From Haliotis rufescens (taxonomy: Eukaryota), in assembly GCF_023055435.1 (NCBI RefSeq), contig NW_025964361.1, forward strand, positions 31,558,001-31,622,000: 64,000 bases of DNA. The letters are read 5' to 3'. The position numbers and the translations under genes are program-made. How positions within the stretch are numbered: position 1 is the stretch's first letter; every line of letters starts with the position of its first letter. Shown in pieces: positions 1 to 12,090 of this stretch. The notes under the pieces are model-generated. The model searched no databases. It was not told the origin of the DNA and saw only the letters and a list, made by a program, of their open reading frames with translations.

Positions 1-325
1 CGGTGTATTAATGTTAAATCCTGACACTAGAACATCGCATATGATCTGTTCTCGGCTATGTCTAATTAAGAGTTTCAGATGTATGAAGATATGACCAGAT
101 TCGATTCGATTTTATTCCTATGTTTTCGCTACAATATTTCATTGCCAGAGGATGATATCCATCTTATACATGTCTTATCATTTAATCATTTTAAAATGAT
201 AAAATTACTCATATCCGGAGTATTAGTCTACTTATTTCTGCTTGGTTTAGCTGTTGGTTGATTTTTGAAAACTTATCCAATGTAATATCAAAAGAACCAC
301 TCAGACAATAAGCTAATAACATCTA

Positions 326-440
326 TAATCAGTCTCACATATCTGCAGAAACAGATTTCATAAGGTGTAGGGGCACAAAAGAGATGAAAAATCATATGAT
401 TGGATTACTGAAAATCAGTGATGACACCAGGTGATCGAGG
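326..440 (-). mobile_element. Penelope-like element 3' module, type A
   Basis: ataatcagtctc..gaaacagatt..aaatcagtgatgacaccaggtg, shared with ~14 other copies in the window. Confidence 0.55.
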
Positions 441-716
441 TTAACATAATAATGTCCACGTTCCACGAATCGATAGCTACGATTGTAGAAGGTCTATGTT
501 AAAGTCTTGCATTACGATCATCTTAGCGCTACGATAGCTGGAACCCGCTTCTTAATTAAACATACCGTTTATCGAACAAATGGATGAGGCAGTGTGACAA
601 CTCCATGTAAAGGTCATAGCATGGGATAGCATCGCCAATCACGCTGACAACCGACGTATCATATTTGTTAAATTTACTTGAATGTCCATAATATAAATAT
701 TTTTAGAATGACTTAA

Positions 717-1235
717 CCATCTTCCCGAGGCAAGGGAGTAAACGGACAGGAACTCTGCAGTTACATTTTGACTGGACTTACGAGTCTTGGCATAGTCCAA
801 TCAAATACGCTCAACGAACTAGACATCCGGATCGTTGAATAATGGATTTCAACGTGCAGATTTTGACTGACTTCCGGATTTACAAAGCATGTGTACTGTC
901 AACTGGACATCGACAGATATTGTCCAATTTATTCATGTTTTTAATCAAGGAGCTAATATGATTTGCTTCACTTCGCGAGGTAAGGCCCGTTTTATTACGA
1001 TATAGATCTTGATAATCGATCAGATCGTCTTGACTAGGCGCCGCCAATTTGTTTGAAGCAAATGCAAGTGATGTGAAAGGTGGAATCTGATTGGTCAACA
1101 GGGGGAACATAAAAGGGACATTACTCGTAATAGTAACTGGTGGCGCTATGATTGAGCCACAAAATTCCAGCGTAGTTTTACAAGGGTGGATAATGGGCTT
1201 TTGTAGTCAGTAACACCCTTGCCTCGGGAAGATGG
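717..1235. mobile_element. Non-autonomous DNA transposon (MITE) with 20-bp TIRs
   Basis: Perfect inverted repeats ccatcttcccgaggcaaggg (717-736) / cccttgcctcgggaagatgg (1216-1235); flanks acttaa / actcaa give a 6-bp TSD with one mismatch. Confidence 0.85.
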
Positions 1236-1572
1236 ACTCAACGGGCATTAAGAACCGTTTGCCTTCAAATTGTGATATTTAATCGACATACATTTATGAG
1301 AAACACTTAAAGTTATGAACTATATTTCTCTTAAAAAAATATATAATATGTTTAAGGAAAATATACAGTTAACGCAAGAATATTACTCTCAACACTCTAA
1401 TATAAAGGCCGGTGTGGTTGGTGAAAGCCAAACATATTCAGAATGTGCACTTGCATGTATGAAATTCGATTCAAAGAAGGGCAACTCCTACTGATGAAAA
1501 ATAATCTTTGTTCAAAGGGTTTCGACCCTAACATATTTAAATGAGGTCATTCAAACAATACATGTACTTCAC

Positions 1573-2134
1573 CTATCTGATCAATCAAATGTTTGATGGA
1601 GACAGATCTAAACATACATAATTTCCCAAATTACACAGAAACAATGTCTCAAAACACAGATTATAACATCTAGACCGACAGACAAAGCATTAGATCTGGA
1701 GCCTGCGTCTCCCTTTACATCAAGACAACATTGTGGCACCGTGTGAACCTCTCCTCCAAATATGAGTATCCCGCTACGGAAGATGCGTCAGGATGTATGT
1801 TGCACAAAGGAAAGTTGATCTCCAATAAAAGTCGATTTTGACACATCATTGACAGTTTAATTCAATAAATCAGACAAGTTTCCCTTTTACCAACTGTAGG
1901 CGCGCTGATGGTAAACTCGCCGCTGACGTGAGAGTAGGAAGGACAGGGTTTGACTATTTTTTGTGAGCCGAGCTTTGGATCATTATATAGGTCGATGCCT
2001 TTGTGTGGCATGTCATCTTTGACGAATCAGTGACATGTTGCTTTTAGCCCCAAATGAAGTTAGATTTTCGGCTTTTGGGTGCTTGGACCATGTCAGTAGG
2101 TGCCAGAAATCACCTCTAAACCAGATCTCGCTTT
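1573..2134 (-). pseudogene. Decayed F-type lectin domain exon, paralog set a copy 1
   Basis: Acceptor ttttatactgtcag and donor AG|GT conserved with the copy at 14885-15475; frame-shifted translation ENLTSFGAKSNMS..PHKGID..IEL..QNR..EIMYV*ICLHQTF; several stops. Confidence 0.5.
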
Positions 2135-2280
2135 CTGACAGTATAAAAGGATACTCACACATACATTTCTGCTTGAGTTTTCACTACGTATGCATGTTTT
2201 TAAATGAATACATTTCATGTCTCAAGTTTGAAAAACGTGATTGGAGGAGGTAGAATAAGATCAGCCAGTCCTATTCTTAC

Positions 2281-2353
2281 CTTTGTTCCTCAACAACTGT
2301 ACGGAGATCACAAACTCAAGTATGGAACATTTCTGTGATAAAACATCGTACAT
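2281..2353 (-). pseudogene. Possible first (signal-peptide-like) exon of the lectin pseudogene
   Basis: ATG..MYDVLSQKCSILEFVISVQLLRNK then G|GTAAG; phase 1 fits the acceptor at 2134. Confidence 0.3.
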
Positions 2354-2519
2354 ATCGCCTCAGAACCTTAGCTACTTTGCTGAAGCAATATGAATCTTTC
2401 TCTACGTTCGCGTGTGTACAATCACGACAATACGTCAAAACAAATATTCTTTGTCGCGTGGACTGTATTCTCTGTGGGTTGAACTAAATTATTCTGATTA
2501 TGATTTGCTCATTTTGATT

Positions 2520-3351
2520 CACACTAGGTCGGCGTGTATAGTTCTGGCGAGAACACTAGGTCGGCGGGTATAGTTCTGGCGAGAACACTAGGTTTGCGGG
2601 TATAGTTCTGGCGAGAATACAAGGTCTGCGGGTATAGTTCTGGCGAGAATACAAGGTCGGCGGGTATAGTTCTGGCGAGAACACAAGGTCGGCGGGTATA
2701 GTTCTGGCGAGAACACAAGGTCGGCGGGTATAGTTCTGACGAGAACACAAGGTCGGCGGGTATTGTTCTGGCGAGAACACAAGGTCGGCGGGTATAGTTC
2801 TGGCGAGAACACAAGGTCGGCGGGTTTAGTTCTGGCGAGAACACAAGGTCGGCGGGTATAGTTCTGGCGAGAACACTAGGTCGGCGGGGATAGTTCTGGC
2901 GTGAACACTAGGTCTGCGGGTATAGTTCTGGCGAGAACACTAGGTCGGCGGGTATAGTTCTGACGAGAACACAAGGTCGACGGGTATAGCTCTGGCGAGA
3001 ACACAAGGTCGGCGGGTATAATTCTGGCGAGAACACTAGGTCGGCGGGTATAGTTCTAGCGAGAACACAAGGTCGGCGGGTATAGTTCTGGCGAGAACAC
3101 TAGTTCTGCGGGTATAGTTCTGGCGAGAACGCTAGGTCGGCGGGTAAAGTTCTGGCGAGAACACTAGGTCGGCGGGTATAGTTCTGGCGAGAACGCTAGG
3201 TCGGCGGGTATAGTTTTGGCGAGAACACAAGGTCGGCGGGTATAGTTCTGGCGAGAACACAAGGTCGGCGGGTATAGTTCTGACGAGAACACAAGGTCGG
3301 CGGGTATAGTTCTGGCGAGAAAACTAGGTCGGCGGGTATAGTTCTGCGAGA
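2520..3351. repeat. Minisatellite, 32-bp unit, ~26 copies
   Basis: Unit ggtcggcgggtatagttctggcgagaacac(a/t)a repeated head to tail. Confidence 0.97.
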
Positions 3352-3439
3352 AGGATATAAAACACGTATATTTAATTGTTAAAACTTACTTTACATACAT
3401 ATTGCAGTTATTCACATCAACATCCAAATCTGAAGATTA

Positions 3440-4000
3440 ATTTGAACAGATGCAGATCTCTAGCTCAGATGCTGCCTTCAGCATACCAAAGCATTAAAAT
3501 TCATGAACCTGTTTTCCTTGTGTAAATGCGATTATGTGAAAAGCATGAAGCTCTACGTGTTAATGTTGTTTTGACCAAACCGTGTGGCATACAGTCATAT
3601 AAGACACAATTGGAGTCGGATGTAAACCTTGAAGGCTCGTGTTCCTCACATCCTGACAACTGACATTTTTCCTCTCGTTTTCTTCCTCCTTCCAATATAT
3701 AATCCTATTAATTGATTTTTTCCCTCACTGATATTTCTATTGGCGAATCGATCGTTTTGTTGACGACCGCCTCCGTGGTCTAGTGGTAGAGCGTCCGCCC
3801 GGAGAGCTGATGGTCCGGGGTTCGTTGCCCGGCCGCTTCATACAAACAGACATTAAAAAATGGTACTTGTTGTTACCTTGTCTGGCCGCATTTCACCTCA
3901 CCTCGGTTTGTTGACATGTTGCCGCCTGATACCCATGCATGTTATAATACGGGTAGAGTTTAGGTCTGTGCGCACAAATGTAGATATTCTATCGTCTGGA
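3440..4000 (-). pseudogene. Decayed F-type lectin domain remnant, paralog of 16090-16375, split by a SINE
   Basis: FPDDRISTF vs FPAVTMSTF in the paralog; adjacent 4085-4200 matches 16465-16565. Confidence 0.3.
3765..3902 (+). mobile_element. tRNA-derived SINE family 1, internally deleted
   Basis: Head gaccgcctccgtggtctagtggtagagcg..ggttcg joined to tail catttcacctcacc; TSD tttgttgac 3756-3764 / 3907-3915. Confidence 0.85.
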
Positions 4001-4614
4001 AACAAACCGTTTTGACCATGAAAATGTTTTTTGTCGCTTATATTTCCTTTTCTTGAATCGGTTATCAGCGTTCAAATACATTCAGAATTTACTTATTCTA
4101 TACAACTCTCTCACATGCCAGTGGCATGAATATAGAACCTCTTATAGTTATTTATTGGTATTTATGAATATTTATCAGAAAAAAACATTCTGCTAACACA
4201 GCAAGTTTAGTTGTCAGTTCAATTCAGTTAATTTCTCAGAAAGACCCAACAAAGGTGGTACATGAGAAATATTATAATATGAATTCATAATATAATAATG
4301 ATATCAAGATGACAGGAGAATTGGGCACATAGAGAGATTAAAGGTTACAATGAAATATGACAGAAATAAAGTGACAAGAATCTCATACACGTTTTTCAAC
4401 AGTTTCAACATTTCTAAAGATGGTATTGGTGAAGTTGGATACGTTTTTCATATCTTTTACTCTAATGCTGGATAAACATTTTTTTCAATTTACACATAAA
4501 AACTGTCAAGAAAATAAAACTAACGAACAAAACCTCATTCTGTGCGCACAGCAGCCCTGTTGTGAGAAGTCATTACAAACCAAGACATTGATCTCAGAAA
4601 CGCCACAACGTTCG

Positions 4615-4920
4615 CGTAGAAAAAACGTGACATTACCCTACCCATCCTACTTCAGGTTATTTGCCATGAAGACATCCTTGTAGTTTGTCAAGCAGATAGC
4701 TTGTCCGGTTGAATTAAACTGCAGCTGCCAATGCCAGTTATTCTCTCAGTTCAACTTGACGAACTTCATTTCCCTACACATACCTCAAGGCATCTGCAAT
4801 GTTTTCACGATAAAGGGTTTTTCCTCTGGACGAAAAGCCGATGTCTCTGATCATGACGCTCATTTCATTCCTGTTTTCAGGCAAAATAGTAGTGAAAATT
4901 GTATTAATGGATCACTGTAA
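4615..4920 (+). pseudogene. Decayed F-type lectin domain remnant, paralog set c
   Basis: KNVTLPYPS..CPVELN..SLHIPQGICNVFTI; DNA similar to 22180-22345 and 30680-30860. Confidence 0.3.
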
Positions 4921-5143
4921 ATAAGTGATGTCGTGAACACTGGCAAACTACTTCCACACCTTGGCATTCCCTAAAATAATTAAATATAGAACCGTTGTTA
5001 ATTATCAGTTTTAATTTTTATGATAGAATATCCCGCTGCGATCCACCATTGTCCACATAGTCAATAAACTTCTGCCAAACGTCTATGAATTTACTTCAGT
5101 ACCTATTCAACACAACTTTCATCTCCGTTAAATTACTCAGCAA

Positions 5144-5256
5144 TGAGACCCGTGAAGATCCAGAGTAGAATATGTCTTCAGCAACCCATGCTTGCCGTAA
5201 AAGGCGACTATGATTGTGGTTAGAGGTGGCGTTAAACTACAAACAGATAAACAAAA
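5144..5256 (+). mobile_element. SINE-like repeat family 3, deleted copy
   Basis: gagacccgtgaagatcc..cagcaacccatgcttgccgtaaaaggcgactatg..ggcgttaaac, shared with 7243-7482, 54200-54400 and 63320-63500. Confidence 0.7.
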
Positions 5257-5809
5257 AACTCAGCAATGGCGAAAGTTAATGCCCTGAGACACAATCAAAC
5301 AGTTTTTTATTCAAATGTTTGTTCGTATACTTTTTTTTCAAATGAATAATCACTTACACTGTTTAATACTCATTAAACTATGTTTCAGAAAAATATGTTC
5401 GAATCCACTGTGTTGCACTTAAAAAAACTTCAGTAATATCATCAGGTTTGGGTACAACAGAGTTATTTGGGGTGGGATGCTTTACCAAACACACTCCATT
5501 GTAACACATACATCACAATGAACATTATTGTGTGTAATCCATGATATCAAGTTGCACACCACAACTTCCAATTATCGTCATTGAATTACCATCTTGTTAC
5601 TTGCACTTGTATAACAAACTGCAAAGGCGAATTTGTTTCATGAATGAAATTGTACCAATAACTTTCTTATCTTTAAGTCGCATTTTAGATTCATATTATC
5701 AATGAAGACAAAGTTGAATTACGGTTTCTTCTGGACACTGAAAATCAGTATTAGTATTTTCAAAAGAGTATTCCTTCAAACAACTAAAACACACCAAAAA
5801 AGTCCTTTT

Positions 5810-6102
5810 GAGTGAGTGACTGAGTGAATGAGTGAATGGGTTTAACGCCGCTTTTAACATTATTCCAGTTATGTCACAGCGTGTCAGCTTAATGTGGGAG
5901 GAAAGCCCCAAGTGATGCAGGTCTCAGACGTTTACCACTTCGGTGAAACCAACGAGCACGGGTATGGTGCTGACAAACCTAGAAACATAATCTGGGAGAA
6001 CCGGGATTCGAACCCACAATCATAGGTTTCTGACGTGTCCAGGGGACGCAACTCTGCACAGCGAATCGCGGCGCCTTAGACGACTGGGCCACCCGTGCCC
6101 CC
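5810..6102 (-). mobile_element. SINE family 4 with tRNA-Leu/Ser-like head
   Basis: Minus strand GGTGGCCCAGTCGTCTAAGGCG..GTGGGTTCGAATCCC (A and B boxes), (ACTC)n tail, TSD aagtcctt(t/c)tgag 5800-5812 / 6103-6115. Confidence 0.85.
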
Positions 6103-6129
6103 AAGTCCTTCTGAGCCCGGAGTACCATC

Positions 6130-6660
6130 TAGTACCATCTGGTAAAGCCGCAGCTTTAATGTAAAACAAAACGTGAAGTCACCCCAGTAGTCTTCCCCTG
6201 CCGGTAATTAGCCATGAAACATCCGTGAACACATGCCTGATCACCTGATCCTCATGCTGGAGCACAATTCCGAAACGGGATACCTTCGAGATTGTGAAAT
6301 CATAGTTAGTTTTTTTATTTGATTGCATCATACTAACACAAACCAACTTGAAAAATAACAAATTGTTCAAACAAACTAAAAGCAAATAATTAGAGTACCG
6401 GAAATTTATATTTTGCAATGCGATCTTATTCTGCTGGTTGCTGATATGGAATTTTATCTATGCATTAATACGGTGTTATGGAAAAAACATAACGTCCAAA
6501 TAAATTGTCAGACAGATTAAGTACGCCCAAATTACTTGCTGGAGTGAACTACACCGATTTGATGCCAGATTACACTCAGTTTCACAACGGTGCTGCTGTC
6601 GGATTTTCTTAAAGCTAGTTGATGATGGTTTGGCGTCAGATTATTAAACAAGAGACCGGC
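6130..6660 (-). pseudogene. Decayed F-type lectin domain remnant
   Basis: NNLTP..DSSTVV..VVHS..LTIYLD..TVLMHR..DFTISK..DVSWLITGR across shifted frames. Confidence 0.35.
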
Positions 6661-7004
6661 CAGAAGATTTAAGTTTTATGTAACTTCAAATTGAATTCTA
6701 ATTTATTTTATTGCATCAATCATACCTGGTTGTATGCTCTATGTGTTCATATAATTGGTTAAGATTGTATACATTTAAACAACGGTGACAAGGTTATGAT
6801 ACAAGCCCTACAATTGCCAAATGAGACGTTAGTTGTACAACCCTTTCATAATCCCTATCTTTTGTTTGCATTGATTTTGAATATATTCTTCACGGGCAAT
6901 GTATGATTTAATACTTCAAAAAACACATATGGACATATTCTCTCACGAGATTTGTTTCAGGTAATAAATCCTATTAAAATACAATACAATTCTAGATCTA
7001 CACG

Positions 7005-7100
7005 TGACACAACATGTGGGGAACCGAAATGGGCTTCAGACAATAGACCCATGGAGGAATGGAACAGGGGTCTTCGGCATGATGAGCGAACGCTTTAACC
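7005..7100 (-). mobile_element. SINE family 2, partial
   Basis: aaatgggcttca..gtcttcggcatgatgagcgaacgctttaaccacta..ctacccc. Confidence 0.75.
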
Positions 7101-7242
7101 ACTATTCTGCCCTACCCCCTAATTTCTTTGAACATATATTCAAAATATTTGTGATATTGTATGTGTTCTCTTCTGTATGTGCAGAAGCGTATATAGTCAT
7201 GACAGAAACAGCAAAAAGGAAAGTATACCCCCTTGTTTAATG

Positions 7243-7482
7243 TTTTGTTTATTTGTTGTTTAACGCCGCAATATTCCAGCTATATGACGACGGTCTCTAA
7301 GTAATCGAGTCTGGAACAGACAATCCAATGATTGATGTCATGAGCATCGATCCACGCAATTGGAATACGATGACATGCATCGACAAATCCCGATCCCGTT
7401 AGTCGCCTCTTACGACAAGCATAGTCGCCTTTTACAGCAAGCGTGGGTTGCTGATGACCTGGTCCACATCTTCAGGGGTCCA
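7243..7482 (-). mobile_element. SINE-like repeat family 3
   Basis: ttgttgtttaacgccgcaatattccagctatatgacg..agtcgcctcttacgacaagcatagtcgcc. Confidence 0.8.
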
Positions 7483-7779
7483 CATGTTTAATGTAGATGT
7501 ATTTGATACGGGTATCATAGACGATAGTGTATGATTCATATCAGTGCGTATCTCACAAACGGTTGTGTTTTGGACCTTACATTTGCAATTGTTCAGCGAC
7601 TGTTTTCAGCCTAAAGTAGTAACGTTTTGATAACGTGTGTGATGTTTTGATCAAATCCAGTTTTTAAGTGTATACTTTTTGTGCTCGGAAGTTTACTTTT
7701 TCACATGCATGACCTTATGACACTATGTTACAGGAAAACAGTTACACGTTTTATAACCCCACGAAAAAAGAGAAAATCA

Positions 7780-8120
7780 ATGCTCGAATCGTACTCAAAT
7801 TTCCATTCTTGATATTCGTCTCTGAAGCTATTACGTTCCTGGTAAATGGTTTGAAGCCAGTGGGACCGAAAAATCTCATTTTCATACATAAATGGTCTTT
7901 TCAGACTGTATTCCTATCAACACAAAGCAAACAATGCATTCATATCAAAGACGTATACATTTTATTATATTGATGATATTTCTGAGTGGAATCTCACGGA
8001 ACTATCAAACATCTTACTTCTGGGTCGACTCCGTCTATCAGACGCCAGATCGTATAATCGTTGCAGTGGAACAATGATGTGTTAGAGAGAAGGGAAAAGA
8101 TCTACTTTTGTGTTTAGGCA
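7780..8120 (+). pseudogene. Decayed F-type lectin domain remnant
   Basis: FLVNGL..LIFIH..IHIKDVYIL..IFLS..PDRIIV; upstream 7500-7700 matches 35910-36050 and 56350-56420. Confidence 0.35.
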
Positions 8121-8359
8121 AAAATCAATTTGTTTATATACAGTTTCCCCCGTTTAGATGATATATAAGTACAGACAAACCATGAGAATCAAAGAAAGTC
8201 ATTTCGTGTTTATAAGTATTGGATTTTTACTTCAATACCAGTTAAAGAAATGTGCAGTGGAGGCAATTCTATTCTTTCGATCCAAAGAATCTTCAGCATA
8301 GTTATAAAATCAAGGAATATAGATATATTTATTGATTCAAAACCGTCTCATGACATCTG

Positions 8360-8925
8360 CGTTCCTTTCAAACAATTACCATAAGGATGCTAGACACAAG
8401 TGGGATAATGTAGAATTAGTGGAGTTCTTTACAAACACCATCCGACGCAGTCATCATTTACAACGCGGCTCTCTGATTGTGTAAGGTTTTAAAATCTTAA
8501 GTCACTATGTTATAACAATGCTGTGTCAATGTGACGAAATTATTCGATCTCTGTAAACATTTTCCTCCAAACTACATTACCGAGCCACGCCAGATGCGTT
8601 TGGATACGTGTTTGAACCCACAAGTTGATTGCGTTCAATTGAAGGAGAATTTTTGACACATCATTGCCAGTTTAATTCAATAATTCAGACAGTTTTTTTC
8701 ACAAACGGTAGACGTAATGATGGCAAAGTTGCAGCTAAAAAAGGACTAAGACGAGCAGAGTAATTTGATATTTTGGGGGGTGCGAGTGTTTGGGGTGACA
8801 TGAGGTCGACGACTTTGTGTTAAATGGCGTCTTTGAAGAAACGAGATGTGTTCCTTTGACTCAGAAATGAGGTTTGTTTGGCTTTCGAATGTTTGGAGAT
8901 CTTGTCAATACAAAGACGCTCACAC
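8360..8925 (-). pseudogene. Decayed F-type lectin exon, paralog set a copy 2
   Basis: Colinear DNA similarity to 1573-2134 including cagtttaattcaata; close duplicate of 11210-11790. Confidence 0.45.
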
Positions 8926-9229
8926 AGAGTATCAAAACCAGCACTGTGTCCTGCTGATGCTAAACCAATATTGTATTACGAAACGCGTCATCACACAATG
9001 GCAATAATGTCATCAGTTGTTGTGACAGGTGATACTCACACGGAACTTTGTCATGATGTATATTACACGTTGTCTGAAGTGATGATCTGTATTGATATTA
9101 TGACTCGTTTTGACATTTCAAATGCCAGTGAATGTTGTTTCAACAGCTATATCATAACTGTGTGTTGATACTGTGCCAAATTAGAAGCACGGGCAGCTAA
9201 CCGTCTGAACATACAGTTTTACAACATAA

Positions 9230-10135
9230 TCCAAATCAGCCTGCACTTACATAAAGCATCAACAGGATGCGACTGAAGATGGTTCTCATGATTGGCAGAA
9301 GTATTCCAATTGTACCACCAAATCCCTGTCTAAAAGGTTAACCATAAACCTTAATAAAATCGATGGTTTACTTTATATGAAGTGAAATTGATGTCATGTG
9401 GATTCTCAAAAACTCAAATGTTTTGCAATCAAGTGTAATTATATCAAGACATTTGACTTTTCAACGTCATTCCTTGTTGCATGGGCCTTTGTTGCTAAAC
9501 GTGGTGACCATTGAGCGAAAACGTGTATAACGAACAACGGATATAACGAACTGATTTCTCTGGTCCCTAGTAGTTCGTTATATCCGTGTTCTACTGTAGT
9601 AACATCTCTGTTTTCAAAGGTTCTGAACAATTTGTCAAATATAAAAGCAAATATCATGAAAAGTTTACTGAAAAAAGAAAATGTGAAATGCTGGACTTCT
9701 TCATTGGTAACATCTATGTGGATAAGACATTTAGGCAAGACGTAGGCATCTCCATGGGAACCCAAAAATCAAAACAAGGGAATTTGGCCAAGAAGTTTTG
9801 CAAAAGCTTCAAGTATATCAATGATCTGATATCATTCTATAATTGTCAAATAATCATTTCCCTTCCACTGATTTACCCACCTGAACTAGACATAAAAGAG
9901 ACCAGTGAAACCGCCCATTCTGATTCATATTTAGATATATGCATTAAGCTTCAGAGTGACGAAAAGCTTTCCACAAGGCTGTATGACAACAGGGATGACT
10001 TCATTCCGATAGTCAGCTTTCCCTTTATCTTGAGCAATGTTGGTGTTTACATTTCACAAGTTTTGAGGTACAATCCAGCATGCTCTTTCCACAACGATTT
10101 TTTGCTCCAAGGTTGTTTGGTTAGGATTACACCAT
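9230..10135 (+). mobile_element. Degenerate Penelope-like retroelement reverse transcriptase
   Basis: MWILKNS, IKTFDFST, FRQDVGISMGT, FKYIND (YIDD site), IYPPELDIKET..SYLD..LSTRLYDNRDDF..VYISQVLRY. Confidence 0.85.
9524..9596. mobile_element. Tc1/mariner-type MITE end inserted in the RT remnant
   Basis: ggatataacgaact..agttcgttatatccgtgttctactg-TA; same style as 23098-23198. Confidence 0.6.
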
Positions 10136-10621
10136 TCAACGCCTCAGTAAAGCTTTCCCAATGTTTTGTGGTAGACATATAGTACATGTATTGGTACAGC
10201 TTCATTGGGTGATTCAGTTCAATGAAATAAAGAGCAATGAGTTGGCCAATCCAGGATCAAGAGTTTGTGATTTTTAGAGATATGAAGGAAATTGTTCTTT
10301 TTTAACACCAATAACTGTTAATAACTATGATTCTGCTTTTGGCAGACATTTGTTATGAATATGAAAAAGGTTTTGTCGTTAATATAACAATTAAAGCACA
10401 TTCTTCGGATAAAGAACGCTTAAGGATAAAGCATGTGTATAAAGATCTTCAGATCAAGAACTTAAAGATTAAACGATTTAAGTATTTTATAGCTGTATGC
10501 AAAGGTATGATGCATGGATGTTTTGATTTCACTATGACATTATAGATAGACAGATGTATTTTGTGGAAGGCCATCAGACCCATAGCACAAGAGAGGTCTA
10601 CAAGTACGATTTTACAGAGAT

Positions 10622-10680
10622 TCTGTCCATCTGTCTGTCTGTCTGTATCTGTGTCTGTCTGTCTGTCTGTCTGACTGACT
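10622..10680. repeat. (CTGT)n microsatellite
   Basis: Visible tetranucleotide run. Confidence 0.9.
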
Positions 10681-11209
10681 GGGACATATATAGTAAAATG
10701 AATACTGTGAGTGTTGCACAATCTGAGTGTCGTGGGATTCGAAGCCATGGCGTACTTTTGACTCATCACTGGATACGGATACTGTGTTTAAAATAAATAA
10801 ATTCTTACAAATTTGAAAAGGAAGTATGTAAATAAGGATGGTGACATGAATATCTCACTCATTAATAGTCATTATATATTTTATGTTTAAAACATATTTA
10901 TTTCATAATGAAATGGATTGGCTGACAAACAAAGTATGTATATAAAACACATTGTTTCTATACATTTTCCACGTTTGGATGATAGATATAACTACGAACT
11001 ATGTGAAAAACATTTCGTGTTAATCATGAAAAAGACATTTCGTGTTTATTATTAATATTCATTTGGGTTCTCGTCAAACTTTTCTTCAATTCCGGTAAAA
11101 CTAAATGTGCAGTGGAGGCAACTGTATTCTTTCAATCTAAACTTGTAGGCGTTTCCGCAAGGTTCTATAATCAATTAATGTAAATCAATTGTATTGATTC
11201 AAAACCACC

Positions 11210-11790
11210 TCATGACATCTGCGTCCATTGCAAACAATTACTATAAGCATGCTAGACAGACTTGGTATAATGTAGAATTGGAGGATTCTTTACAAACACC
11301 ATCCGACGCAGTCATCATTTACAGCGCCGCTCTCTGATTGATTAAGGTTTTAAAATCTTATGTCACCATGTTATTACAATGCTGTGTCAATGTGAAATTA
11401 TTCGATCTCTGTGAACTTTTCCCTCCAAACTACATTACCGAGCCACGCCAGATGCGTTGGGCTATGTGTTTGAACCCACAAGTTGATTGCGTTCAATTAA
11501 AGGAGAAATTTTGACACACCATTGACAGTTTAATTCAATAATTCAGACAGGGTTCCTTTTTTTACAAACTGTAGACGTAGTGATGGCAAACTTGCAGCTA
11601 AAAAAGGACCAAGAAGGGCAGAGTAATTTGATGTTTTGGGAGCGCAAGCGTTTGGGGCGAATTTGTGATCGATGCCTTTGTGTAACACCGCGTCTTTGAA
11701 GAAAGGCAAAGGTGTTCCTTTTGGCTCAGAAGAGATGTTTGTGTGGCTTTCGAATGTTTGGAGATCTTGTCAATAAAAAGACGCTCAAAT
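11210..11790 (-). pseudogene. Decayed F-type lectin exon, paralog set a copy 3
   Basis: Duplicate of 8360-8925; FFKDAVLHKGID..IIEL. Confidence 0.45.
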
Positions 11791-11926
11791 AGTATATGAA
11801 GACCAGCACTGTGTTCTACTGGCGCTAAATCAGTACCGTATAACGAAACGTGTCATCACGTGCACACATTTACGAAGAGGGTCATCGATGGTGTGGACGA
11901 GGGATACTCATACGTAACTATGTATC

Positions 11927-12090
11927 TGAGTGCGTGAGTGAGTGAGCGAGTATGGGTTTATGCCGCTTTTAGCAATATTCCAGAAATATCACGGCGGGAG
12001 ACACCAGAAATGATCTTCACACATTGTACCAATGTAGGGAATCGAACCCTGGTCTTCGGCGTAAACCACCAGGCTACCCCACAGCCCCAC
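11927..12090 (-). mobile_element. SINE family 2
   Basis: (GAGT)n tail, gccgcttttagcaatattccag..ggaatcgaaccc..ggctacccc; absent from the paralogous position near 9060. Confidence 0.85.

Noticed and set aside
1845-1875. Invariant tgacagtttaattcaata as a homeodomain/TALE enhancer
   Set aside because: It reads as IEL, the VDL-equivalent lectin motif, on the minus strand, so past coding constraint plus shared ancestry explains it. There is no independent regulatory evidence.
2524-2844. Repetitive ORFs in satellites (also 39609-40312) and microsatellite ORFs at 19178-19530
   Set aside because: These are by-products of tandem repeats, open in several frames.
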